From Octopus sinensis (lineage: Eukaryota): a DNA stretch of 64,000 bases. Under the pieces are notes generated by a model, which was given only the letters and a program-made list of their open reading frames with translations, was not told the DNA's origin and searched no databases. Every line of letters begins with the position of its first letter. Position 1 is the stretch's first letter. Both the position numbers and the translations under genes were made by a program. Positions 13,090 to 25,038 of the stretch are shown here, piece after piece. The stretch covers positions 9,672,001 through 9,736,000 of the forward strand of contig NC_043013.1 of the NCBI RefSeq assembly GCF_006345805.1, in the 5' to 3' direction.

Positions 13090-14125
13090 GCAGGCGTCGG
13101 TCGCTGTGTGGTAAGAAGCTTGTATGGCATCGCAGTATGATAAGAAGGCGGCGAGCTGGCAGAACCGTTAGCACGCCGGTGAAATGCTTAGCGGTATTTC
13201 GTCTGCCGTTACGTTCTGAGTTCAAATTCCGCCGAGGTCGACTTTGCCTTTCATCCTTTCGGGGTCGATAAATTAAGTACCAGTTACGCACTGGGGTCGA
13301 TGTAATCGACTTAATACCTATGTCTGTCCTCGTTTGTTCCCTCTGTGTTTAGCCCCTTGTGGGTTATAAAGAAATAGAAATAGGTATTTCGTCTGCCGTT
13401 ACGTTCTGAGTTCAACTTCCGCCGAGGTCGTCTTTGCCTTTCATCCTTTCGGAGTCGATTAAATAAGTACCAGTTACGCACTAGGGTCGATATAATCGAC
13501 TTAATCCGTTTGTCTAGCCTTGTTTGTCCCCTTGTGGGTAGTAAAGAAATAGGTATTTCGTCTGCCGTTACGTTCTGATTTTAAATTCCGTCGTGGTCGA
13601 CTTTGCCTTTCATCCTTTCGGGGTCGATAAATTAATTACCAGTTAGGCACTGGGATCGATGTAATCGACTAAATTCCTTTGTCTGTCCTTGTTTGTTCTG
13701 TCTATGTTTAACCCCTTGTGGGCAATAAAGAAATAAGAAGCTTGTGTCCCAACCACATGGTTCTGGATTCAGTTCCATCGTGTAGCACCTTGGGCAAGTG
13801 TCTTCTGTTATAGCATCGGGAGACCAAACCCTTGTGAGTGGATTTGGTGGACGGAAATTGAAAGAAGCCCATCGTTTATGTATATATATGTATATATATC
13901 CATATGTGTGTGTCTTGCGTCTGTGTTTGTTCCCCCACATCACCGCTTCACAACCGGTGTTGACGTGTTTGCGTCCGCGGAATTTAGCGGTTCGGCCAAG
14001 GTGACCGACAGAACAAGTACCAGGCTTAAAAACATAAGTACTGGGGTCGATTCATTCGACTAAAATATTCAAGACAGTGCCCCAGCATGGCTGTGGTCAA
14101 ATGCCTGAAACAAATAAAAGAAAAT
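13090..14125 (+). mobile_element. SINE family A, interrupted in its head by the family B trimer
   Basis: Head 13090-13123 continues at 13734 (AGAAGCTTGTGTCCCAACCACATGG) and runs to the CCCAGCATGGCTGTGGTCAAATG tail. Confidence 0.8.
13124..13733 (+). mobile_element. SINE family B tandem trimer with 12-bp TSD
   Basis: Head AGGCGGCGAGCTGGCAGAA; three GGTATTTCGTCTGCCGTTACG...CTTTCATCCTTTCGGGGTCGATAAA units; TAAGAAGCTTGT duplicated at 13112-13123 and 13734-13745. Confidence 0.9.
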
Positions 14126-14466
14126 AAATTGGTTATTCCTCAACGCCACCCAAAATGTATGCGCGCGCGCACGTGTGCCTGTGATTCCCCGCACCAAAAA
14201 AAAGTTGTGGGTCGATTTATTCAACTAAGAGATATTCTCCAAGGCGGTGCTCCAGCATGGTCGCAGTCTAATGGCTGAAAAAGCAAAAGACAAAAGATAC
14301 AACAGCAACAACAGCTGTTATGAATTGGATACCTTTTATTATAGACCGGTAGTAAATTCCGTAGTAAATAAATACAGTTTTTTCGGCGCTCTATCGATTC
14401 TGCTATTTCATCAATTTAGACCCGACTATAATAATTATTTCTAAAATAAACACAAAACCATTTAAC

Positions 14467-14975
14467 TGGCGGAAGGAGAGCAGTGGTTTGAACTCAAAAC
14501 GTAAAAAACCGATGTGAATATCGATTTAAAATTTTAGCAAAAATTCCACCAACTTCCGGGAAGAGGGTAAGTCGATTACACCAACTCTGGAGCTCGACTG
14601 ATACTTATTTTGTCGACCTCGAATGGATGAAAGGCACAGTTAACCTCGATGGAATTTGAACTCAGAACTGAGAGATGGATGGTGTGCTGCTAAACATCAT
14701 GTCCGGCTCACTAACGATTCTACCAGCTCGCCGCCTTAAAGCTAGAATAAATATCGATTTCAAATTTTATCACAAGGCCAGCAATTTTGGGGGAACGAGT
14801 TAATTCGATTACATTCACCCCAAAGCTCACCTGGTACTTATTTTATCGACCCCGAAAGGATGAACGGTGAAGTCGTCCCTAGCGGCATTTGAACCCAGAA
14901 CGTAAAGACGGACGAAAAGCCGCTAAGCATTTTGCTCGGTTGGCTAACGGTTCTGCCAGTTCACCAACTTAAAAC
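14467..14975 (+). mobile_element. Three older SINE family B copies
   Basis: Repeated GTACTTATTTT(G/A)TCGACC-CGAA-GGATGAA-GG...GAATTTGAAC units. Confidence 0.7.
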
Positions 14976-15049
14976 CGGAATAAGTATCACTAGCAATTTT
15001 GTTCGACGCTCTAATACATTGCCTTAGAAACAACTAAAACAAACACCAC

Positions 15050-15743
15050 CGACACTAGTACAACCCTTTCTGCCACCGCTACCAATAGTATCGATGTTAT
15101 CATCTCCTCAATCACCAATACCATGAACATACCATCGCCATCATCGTCTTCAACAGAGTTACCACCGCCGCCGCCATCTCTTTTCTAACTAAAACCATTT
15201 TCAAAACTGCATTAGAGCCAGCGCCATGACTACCACAACGATCACGACGACAACGACGACGACGACGACGACAACCAAAACTACCACCACCACCACCATC
15301 ACCACCACCACCACCACCACTACTATCATCACCACCTCCGACATCACAACCATCAACCTTCATCAGCAGGGCTACCACCACAAACACCCGTTCGAAACTC
15401 CGCCACCGCAGCCACCCTCATTGCAATTGAGGCCACCATTAATACCATTACAGATACCACCACCACCACCACCACCATCACCGCCGCCACCACTGCCACC
15501 GCCGCCGCCTCCACCGCTGCCGCCGTCGCCTTCATCACCATCATCATCATCAAGGAAGCCTTACCAATCGTAGCCATCTCTTTGATAAGAGCCTCGCCAT
15601 TACCACCACGACCACGACGACCACCACCATCGTCGCTGTCACCTCCACCACCACCACTACCACCACCACCACCACCACCACCACCACCACCACCGTCACT
15701 GCCACCACCGACATCACCTCACCAGCAGCTTCACCATACAATA
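15050..15743. repeat. (CAC)n/(ACG)n/(CCG)n trinucleotide block next to the assembly gap
   Basis: Direct inspection. Confidence 0.9.
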
Positions 15744-15843
15744 NNNNNNNNNNNNNNNNNNNNNNNNNNNNNNNNNNNNNNNNNNNNNNNNNNNNNNNNN
15801 NNNNNNNNNNNNNNNNNNNNNNNNNNNNNNNNNNNNNNNNNNN
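15744..15843. other. Assembly gap (100 N)
   Basis: Run of 100 n. Confidence 1.
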
Positions 15844-16380
15844 TATATATATATATATATATATATATACAGTTATATATATATATATTTAGATATGTAG
15901 AATATGAAATAAATTTTATTCGAAAAGTTCAACTCGAGACTGGCAAAGCTATAAATAACAGAATGCAAAAATTTGGTCTAAGAATAATTTTGATTAGTCA
16001 AATTTGAAGGGCGACCGTGGAACATGAACCCACAACAGTTGTATACATGAAAGGTGTTCAACCATTTAACTAAAGGTATCCTGTCATTTTTACAGGATAT
16101 ATGGGTTCAAGTTCTACAGACACTATTCGAAGATTTTTTGTTTATGCAAAGGGCCATTTTAAACTAATATGCACTGTCATTTACATTGTTTTTGCTCCGA
16201 GCCAAAGCGAATCGTTCTACAGTAGAGTTGTATACACACACAAACTCATATATAGGTATGTACATACATACATATATATATATATACGCGTATGTATATA
16301 CACACACACACGCATACATTCACACACACACTCACATATATATACACATAGTTATACATACACACACACACGTATATAAT

Positions 16381-16835
16381 TGTTAAGTCAGCATCAGCAG
16401 TAATTCTGATTGCTGGAAGGCCATATGTGAAGCGGCAGGATTTCGCTCCTTACCACATCCGGAAATAGTCAGAAGTGGCTGTCTGGGAATTTGTACGACT
16501 TCGCCACTCACAATTTCTGATTTTCTAAATCCACTGATTATAACGCCATGGATTACTCTGTGTGAGGCACGGTTGAGATAAACACCAACCGCTTTTCCCT
16601 CAACATTGAGAACGAGCTGGAGGCCAAAGTCAAGGCGATTGTCGAAGATCTCCCCAGGGACACGCTGAGAATAGTATGCGCTAGATTTCGGAGACGTTTT
16701 GAGACCGTGGTGGAAACTAAAGGCGGCTACTTTGAGTAAGCTGTTATCCCCCAGCGAGAAATACTTATAATTTTGGATATTGTGCTGCCTGTTCCGTTTA
16801 TGCACACTATCAAATTAAAGACTGAACACCCTGTA
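16381..16835 (+). pseudogene. Tc1/mariner-superfamily transposase C-terminal relic with 3' TIR
   Basis: + strand AGRPYVKRQDFAPYH, QKWLSGNLYDF, STDYNAMDYSV*G, DLPRDTLRIVCARFRRRFETVVETKGGYFE*; ends GAACACCCTG|TA. The supplied ORF 16383..16805(-) is its antisense shadow. Confidence 0.85.
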
Positions 16836-17023
16836 CATACGGTATTTATAATCAAAAGACTTCACGAATTAAGATAGTGTTATAATCATTATTTTTGTAT
16901 ATTTGCCGATCCGGGCTACACGTAGCGTCTACAGGAGTACATATACAGCAGCAATATACATATTTAAATGTTCATACACGCACACACAAATATATACAAA
17001 TACACACACAACATTATATATAT

Positions 17024-17757
17024 GACAGATAGACGACACAAAGGCAGACAAGAGAAATAACAATTAGAAGGAGAGGCCAAAAAAAAAAGACGGGTCATTC
17101 TTGGCTGTCTCTCATCAGCCAAGTACCAGAAGTCACGACCATTTCGCACAGTTACACTTGATATTTGTATATATAGCCGAAGACGAAGACAGGTGGAGTA
17201 GACAAGAAACAGATGTATTAGTATAACGCTCGGGAAGGGAAAAAGTCTTTAACGTTTCTAGCTTACGCTCTTCCACAGAAAGGAACACAGAAAGAAACAA
17301 GGAGAGAAAATAAAGAGGGAAAATAAAGAATGTGTAGTGGGTAGCGATTTATCATGGCGAAATTATATAATATATATATATATATATATAATATATATAT
17401 TATATAATATATATATATATATATATAATAATTTTCGCCACGATAGATCGCTAGCCACTACACATTCTTTATTTTCCCTCTTTATTTTTCTCCTTGTTCC
17501 TTCTGTGGAAGAGCGTAAGCTAGAAACGTTAAAGACTTTTTCCCTTCCCGAGCGTTATACTAATACATCTGTTTCTTGTCTACTCCACCTGTCTTCGTTT
17601 TCGGCTATATATACAAATATCAAGTGTAACTGTGCGAAATGGTCGTGACTTCTGGTACTTGGCTGATAAAAGACAGCCAAGAATGACCCGTCTTTTTTTT
17701 TTGGCCTCTCCTTCTAATTGTTATTTCTCTTGTCTGCCTTTGTGTCGTCTATCTGTC
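17024..17757. mobile_element. ~340-bp-arm fold-back element (family H3) around a (TA)n spacer
   Basis: Arms 17024-17366 and ~17430-17757 are near-identical reverse complements; each holds a hammerhead-like motif. Confidence 0.9.
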
Positions 17758-17802
17758 CGAGCGTTTTAATGCCTCTATTGCGTTATACTTCTATTTTTAT
17801 AT

Positions 17803-17887
<85 letters not shown>

Positions 17888-17924
17888 TATATATGTATGT
17901 ATGTATGTATATATGTATGTATGT

Positions 17925-18245
17925 ATCAGCTCAGACACAGACGTATGGTTCCAGGCTCAGTCTGACTGCATGGCACCTCGGGCCGACCAAAGCCTTGTGA
18001 GTTGTTTTTGGTAGGCGGAAAAAGGAAGGAGTCCATCGTGTATATTTGTGTATGTCTGTGTGTATGTTTGTGTTTGTTCCCGCCCTTGACAAGCGATGCT
18101 GGTGTGTTTCTGTCCCCGTAACATAGTGGTTCGGCAAAAGAGGTCGACAGAATAAGTGCTAGGCTTACGAAGAATAAATCGTGTGGTCGATTTCTTTGAC
18201 TAACACCATTTAAGGCGGACAAATGACTGAAACACGCAAAAGAAT
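17925..18245 (+). mobile_element. SINE family A
   Basis: GCCGACCAAAGCCTTGTGAG and GACAA-CGATGCTGGTGTG body. Confidence 0.75.
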
Positions 18246-18291
18246 AATCAAATGAATAATAAGAGACGATGGATAAATGTCAGCTCATTAC

Positions 18292-18713
18292 ATCTGTTTC
18301 TTACGCATTTTTTAATTGAAGAATGAGAACATTTTCACCACTTCAAAATGCCGTAATCATCAGATGAAACATAATTCCAAAATAATAGGATATCACAAAA
18401 TCACAGTAGGAATATACCTGTAGCCAGCCGAATATGATATATATGGTCACTAACCGGGGGTAGAGGAAGTAAATTGGAGTCAGATTATTCTTGGCTACTG
18501 AGCATTAATATATTACAGCTTCTCACTCCACCCCCTAATGCCCCAAACAGATAATTTTTGTTGGGTTTTCTCCTATTTCACGGTCAGCTTCGGCTGGCTT
18601 CAGGCATGTTGCCCCTGTGTTCTTGTTTCGAAATTATGTTTCATCTGATGATTACGGTATATTGAAGTAAAGTAATGTACTCATGCTTTTATTAAAAATT
18701 GCCTAAGGAACAG
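18292..18713. repeat. Diverged fold-back repeat (~130-bp arms)
   Basis: CCGTAATCATCAGATGAAACATAATT (18351-18376) vs AATTATGTTTCATCTGATGATTACGG (18632-18657); GCCAGCCGAA vs TTCGGCTGGC. Confidence 0.75.
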
Positions 18714-19150
18714 CTTCTTTTTATAGTGAGCTAAATTCTGGTAAGGGACCACAACATAAACTAAGGAAAAGGCATAAAGACTGTGTGAACGAAAACCCGA
18801 TGAAACTAGATATGAACAAAAGTAATTGGGAAAATGATGTTGTAGATCTGAACAAGTGGAGAGGTGCTGTTGGGACTGGTTGCAATGCCTGAGAGGAAGG
18901 GATGATTCAGCACTTTGAACTTAAAAGGCCTATTGTAAAGGAACAATTGGAACTGTAATCAACAGTGACCACTGGATATGTATTATATGTGACCGTGTTC
19001 TGTTGTCAAAAAACAGGATATGTAAATCATATGAAGTCACTTGAAAATTGTAATGCCCAGATCTTGGAAACTAACCGCCTCTTACGACTTGTGTCACACG
19101 TCAAAAACTAGTAAGACAATATCTGGACTTAAAAGGCATATGCTTGTTCA
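18695..19150 (+). mobile_element. Old RTE LINE 3' relic
   Basis: LPKEQLLF..SELNSGKGPQHKLRKRHKDCV...WENDVVDLNKWRGAV matches the RTE ORF C-terminus (cf. 25075 copy). Confidence 0.7.
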
Positions 19151-20049
19151 CAAAAACATTCCTTCAGAATCAGATTCCAAAAGGTAAAGATAGAAGAAAC
19201 TTAAATAGTATCGGTCACTCGTGTTTTAAACCATGTAAATCAGCTGCTTATCTATAGGGTCATCAACGGAGTGCTTGTGCTTTGTGATGGAGTGTGTTAT
19301 GTGTGTTGATGGGACGGCTATCATCTGTCAAGAGGAAGCAATCCTCATATAAATCTATATATACATATGCACACTCCATGGTAAACAAATCGTAGAGTTT
19401 CGATCTGCTATTTTCTTCTTACAAATATCAACCTGAGTATGTTCTAACAATTGCTCTAATCAATGCTGAGCCATTCTCTGCCTCATTGGTCTGAACACGT
19501 TTAGCTAAGACGGCTAAATTCCCGGTCGAAAGTAATACAAATATAATTAAATTATTCAAGAGAATGAGGGAGAGGTGGGAAGGAACAATCTTGTTTCCCT
19601 ATGCTCTCTTAAGGTTGAATTTATTCTTGTAGAACATGCAATTTCTTATAATTTATTCTCATATATTCTGTATAGATCACTGCGAATGTTGCCTTTATTT
19701 CATTTTATCAAGGCATGCATTATTATGCCAATTATGTTACCCAGGTTAGCTGTGTTCTAATCTGTTCACACAATAAATAGATATAAGCTAGTAATCTCTC
19801 CTCAGTTAGGTGTATCTTCTTTCTCTGATGAAGGTCTAAGGAGAGTACAGACTAGACAGAGCATCCTATTGTCTGCTCATTGTTTGATAAAACATTTTGT
19901 AAGATAAATTTGTTTACTTTTCACCGCGAATGTTATAGGTTTCTCTTAGAGCTACTGGTAACCTATAACCCAGTACTATATCTCGTTTGATCGGACCGCC
20001 AACGACTAAACCGATAAGCCTACAAGATCTGCGCAATGAGGGGGATGGT

Positions 20050-20520
20050 TTTTCGTTTTACATCCTGCTTTGCAGGCCGAAAAACAATAGCTGTCAAAGG
20101 GCGGTAGAGTGTTCTGCCATTCCTGATCTGGAACGAAGTGATTGCTAGTCATTATTTAGACATCTGTCTTGGAGAAGGAAAACTATGGTGTAAAAACTGC
20201 GACTTAATTTGCTTCCAGTAATGTTAGCTACACTTGGGCAAATGCATACGCACTTTATAGAGTAAGAGTGACCCATTTCCTCACTTTGAAGAAGCTGCAG
20301 GTACAGACATTCCTTGGTTTTCAGCATCTTGGTTAATATCTCAAATATGTCTTGCAGACAGTGCTTGGCCGTACCTGAAAAGGGTAAAACACCGAATGAA
20401 AAATTTCATGATGGAACGAAGTTATGTCTTAGCGTTGGTGGTAAGCTCTCTGAACACCTGTGCAAAGTGTGTACATCCGTTGCAGGAGTAAAAATTCACA
20501 ACTGCACTGTTCATGTTTAA
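20050..20520 (+). mobile_element. Possible degenerate RTE APE-endonuclease relic
   Basis: Patchy peptides (GEGKLW.., VTHF.LKKLQVQT..HL..YLKYVLQ, LSEH) resemble the RTE endonuclease. Many disruptions. Confidence 0.3.
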
Positions 20521-20654
20521 GAGAGCAAACAAGTAACGGCATAACTCGAAGTGGCGTTGCACCTATCAAGTATGTATGTATGTATGTATGTATGTATGTA
20601 TGTATGTATGTATGTATGTATGTATTTATGTATGTATGTATGTATGTATGTGTG

Positions 20655-20685
<31 letters not shown>

Positions 20686-20809
20686 GTATGCATGCATGCA
20701 TGTATGTATGCATGCATAATGTATGTGCATATGTGTACGAGCGTATATAGACATAAATATATATTCATACATACACACATATAAACACACCCATGACCGC
20801 ATGTGTATC

Positions 20810-21050
20810 GCGGGCGATTTTTTCCCTCCGTCTGCCTTTCCTTGGATCTTTCCTTTTCCTATATTTCTGACGAATAGCTCCGCTCGAAACGTTAAATCCT
20901 CCTTCGTTCTTTCCTTTCCTGAGCGTCCAATAACACTATACTTGTTCCCCGTCCTCGCGTTCTTGTGTTTTCATGTTTGGATTAACTATATATATATATA
21001 TATATATGTTTTCCACCTGCCTTCGTCTTTTGTTTATTTTCATAAAGCTT
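20810..21050 (+). mobile_element. Short repeat family H2 (Penelope pLTR-like) with hammerhead-like motif
   Basis: Homologous to 32577-32780; motif at 20863-20897. Confidence 0.75.
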
Positions 21051-21060
21051 CCCGTTATGT

Positions 21061-21112
<52 letters not shown>

Positions 21113-21505
21113 GTCGTTGCTATTATCCAAAAGTGTCCAAAACGTTGCTTCTTCAGAAGACGAAAATATCTTTACACCGTTCTATTTCTTTTTACATTAG
21201 CAGCAGTTTCATCTTAATAATGCGTTGTTGGGTGCATAAAATCGTAACACCATGCATGTATGATATTCTTAGTCAGAAAAGTTTTCGCAAAAATGTCATA
21301 TGTGGAAATTACTACGCTTTAAGAAAATGTTAAACAGTTGTACTACACTTTGACAACTTTCATCTGAAGCAGCTGGAAGTATGATAGTATGAAGAAACGA
21401 ACCAGCGATTACAAGCAAAATTAAATATAGAAAAAAAAAACCCATTTGGCCAAATTTGACCGTACGATAGTTTAACTTAATGGCAATTATATATACATAC
21501 ATACA

Positions 21506-21541
<36 letters not shown>

Positions 21542-21561
21542 TATAATATATATATATATAT

Positions 21562-21949
21562 ATTATATTATAAAGCTGAAGTTGTCTGTGTATGGCAGGT
21601 TTGGTAGCCTTCAACTAACATTGTCTCCTCCGAGACCTTGCGGTGCAAGTTGACCAAAATTGAGTGTATGATAGAAGAGGCTTGCTCTTCATTCCGTAGA
21701 AGAAAAAAAAATCAAATCGGACCATGTTAACACCAAAAATTATTTACATCAAAAACGTGCTTTTTTTCTATGAAAATCCCTATTTTTACGATTTTTTTAC
21801 TGCTGTGTCGCCTTTTTCGGTGTATTTCAACCAGAAAAATGTTCACTTAAAGAGAATAACAAGGTACATAATGCAAAATTCTTACTTTTCAAAAATTCCA
21901 ATTCTCAAGTGTCGAAACAAACCCGAGCAACGCCGGGCGATTCTGCTAG
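21562..21949 (+). mobile_element. Non-autonomous Helitron (family 2)
   Basis: ATAAAGCTGAAGTTGTCTG 5' region, CCCGAGCAACGCCGGG hairpin, CTAG|T end; homologous to 35919-36749. Confidence 0.85.
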
Positions 21950-22288
21950 TATATATATATATATATATAGTTGAAGATTAATTATCGAACATGAACAATA
22001 GCAAAAACAACAAGTGGACGAACGTGTGGAATGTATTAGCCTCACGTTCAATAAAGGTGGAAAAAAAGAATGGGTATACAGGCGTCTCCAGCGTTCTGAT
22101 CATAGCTGTTCGTCAGAAAGAGGAGGAGAAAGGAAAAGTCCAGAGAAGGAATATACATATATATATATTATATATATATATTATATATATTATAATTAGT
22201 TGTTGAAATGAAAGATGATACATCTTGTTGCAGATTAATGCAATAAAAGGATTTCTGTTCAATCTTCGTTCAACTCCATTTCTTCAAT

Positions 22289-22347
<59 letters not shown>

Positions 22348-22349
<2 letters not shown>

Positions 22350-22577
22350 TCTTTACTACCCACAAGGGCTAAACACAGAGGGGACAAACAAGGACAGGCA
22401 AACGGATTAAGTCGATTACATCGACCCCAGTGCGTAACTGGTACTTAATTTATCGACCCCTAAAGGATGAAAGGCAAAGTCGACCTCGGCGGAATTTGAA
22501 CTCGGAACGTAACGACAGACGAAATACGGCTACGCATGTCGCCCGGCGTGCTAACGTTTCTGCCAGCTCGCCGCCTT
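22348..22577 (-). mobile_element. SINE family B, full length
   Basis: Reverse complement of the 13143 unit. Confidence 0.9.
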
Positions 22578-22911
22578 CATATATATTATATGTGTTATAT
22601 GTGTGCGTGTGTGTGTGTGCGTGCCTGCGCATGTGTTTGTCTTCTTTTACAATCTGAATGGCTTTCTATATATACATCTATGTACATTTACAACACACAC
22701 ACACACACACATACATATAGTCACGAACACGCCACGCTGAAGTATATCTTTCGATAGATATGAGAAAACTACCAGCCTCTATGGAAATTATGCGTTTCCA
22801 TTGTTGGACTCTTTCGATATAAACCAACCGCCATTCAGTAATTAAATGCTGGTGTCAGGATTAACTAAAGAAATAAGGATCATTGGTTGGGAATATTAGG
22901 CGCGTGAAAGC

Positions 22912-23252
22912 TAGTAGTAGTAGTTGTTGTTGTTGTAGTAATGGTGGTGGTGGTTTGGTGATAGTAAGTGTAGTAGTGGTTGTACTAATTATAGTGGTAG
23001 TGGTAAGTTGCAGTGGTGGTGGTAGTAGCTGTAGCAGCAGTGATAACTAGTTGTAGCAGTGGTGTTGGTGATGGTAGTAGTAGTAGTAGTAGTAATTGTA
23101 GTAGTTGTAGTAGTACTGTTATTAGTAGTGGCAGTGGTACTAGTAGGAGTAGTTGTAGTACAGGTTGCAGTAGTTGTAGTGTTGGTAGTAGTAGTAGTTG
23201 TACCAGTGCAGGTGGTTGTATTGATATTAAGAGTGGTGTTGGTAGCGGCAAC

Positions 23253-23294
<42 letters not shown>

Positions 23295-23319
23295 TGTAGT
23301 AGTAGTAGTAGTAGTAGTT

Positions 23320-23365
<46 letters not shown>

Positions 23366-23410
23366 CAGTAGTAGTAACAACAATAGTAGCTGTACGAGTG
23401 ATAAGTAGTC
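22912..23410. repeat. (GTA)n/(GTG)n/(GTT)n trinucleotide block
   Basis: Direct inspection. Confidence 0.9.
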
Positions 23411-23775
23411 GTAGCATCATCGATAAATACCATATCAAACATCGTATGTAAGGCTATAAAGAAAGTGAGCGATGATTTTTGAAGCATGAAATGATTTCAG
23501 GAATTCTATCAACCGTTCATGCTTCGTTTGCTTTTATTTCAGGACGACCGATTTTATAATTGTCCATTTTGTTCATATACTTCGGACCGTTCAATTTTCA
23601 GCAATCTATCATCTCTTTCTGGTTTAATATATTTTCTACATTTACTCCTCACCTGCAGATATATATAATGTATATATATATATATATATATATTATATTA
23701 TATTATATATATATATTATATTTATTATATATGTATATATATAATCCTATCTATCTATCTATCTATCTATCTATC

Positions 23776-23807
<32 letters not shown>

Positions 23808-23841
23808 ATATCTATCTATATATATATATATATATATATAC

Positions 23842-23908
<67 letters not shown>

Positions 23909-23909
23909 C

Positions 23910-23963
<54 letters not shown>

Positions 23964-24194
23964 ATATATATGTATATATATCTGCAGAGATAGCATGAGG
24001 GGAAAGAGTGAGACAGACAGAGAAACAGAGGGAAGGACAGATAGGTAGTTCTGGTGTGAGGGGAGTAAATGTAGAAAAAATAATATATATATATAAACGA
24101 TATACGTCGCCCTTTTCAAGTCTAGTCAGGCTCATGGGCCCGGTTTCCCGGTTACTCAAGAAACAGGAAGAGAGAGAGAGAGAGAGAGAAAGTT

Positions 24195-24358
24195 GTGGCG
24201 AAAGAGTACAACAGGGATCGCCACCACCCCCTGCCGGAGTGTCGTGGAGCTTTTTAGGTGTTTTCGCTCAATAAACACGCATAACGCCCGGTCTGGGAAT
24301 CGAAACCGCGATTCTTCGACCGGGAGTCCACTGCACTAACCACTGGGCCATTGCGCCT

Positions 24359-24360
<2 letters not shown>
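24195..24360 (-). mobile_element. SINE family C, 5' half
   Basis: Reverse complement of 29184-29330 (GGAGGCGCAATGGCCCAGTGGTTAG...GGTTTCGATTCCCAGACCGGGCGTT). Confidence 0.85.
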
Positions 24361-24427
<67 letters not shown>

Positions 24428-24477
24428 TATTTGTACATAGAGAGAAAGATAGGTAGATAGATATATAGTTAGTTAGT

Positions 24478-24545
<68 letters not shown>

Positions 24546-24546
24546 C

Positions 24547-24596
<50 letters not shown>

Positions 24597-24597
24597 T

Positions 24598-24960
24598 TGC
24601 AGAAATGGCTGTGCAGTCAGAAATATACTTCTCAACCACATGATTTCAGGTTCAGTCACATTGCGTGGCACATTGAGCAGGTGTCGTCTACTATAAATCT
24701 GAGTCGACCAATGTCATGTGAGTGAATTTAGGAGAGAGAAACTGTGTGGAAATACGTCTTACATATATATATCTGAATATGTGTTTGTGTTTGGCACCCA
24801 AGACCTTGCACTGCTTGACAAATCCCCGTGATCAGCAGTTCAGCGTAATATACCGATAGAATGTGCACCTAACATAAGTAAGTACGTGTTGGGGCTGATT
24901 TATTCAACTAACCTCACTGGCCGCAATCCAATGATGGAAATAAGTGAAAGATATAAGATT
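24598..24960 (+). mobile_element. SINE family A, diverged
   Basis: TGGCTGTGCAGT...CAACCACATG...GCGTGGCAC head and degenerate tail. Confidence 0.65.
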
Positions 24961-25038
24961 AAAAAACTCATATATATATTGTGTATGTATTTGAGTGTAA
25001 ATGATTCTATATATGTCGCAATTACAGTTATAGATATA

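Noticed and set aside
13124-13733. CRISPR-like or satellite array
   Set aside because: The units are long SINE bodies with no unique spacers, and the context is eukaryotic.
19932-19969. 10-bp hairpin GTTATAGGTT/AACCTATAAC
   Set aside because: Isolated and AT-rich, with no second copy or associated element; plausibly chance.
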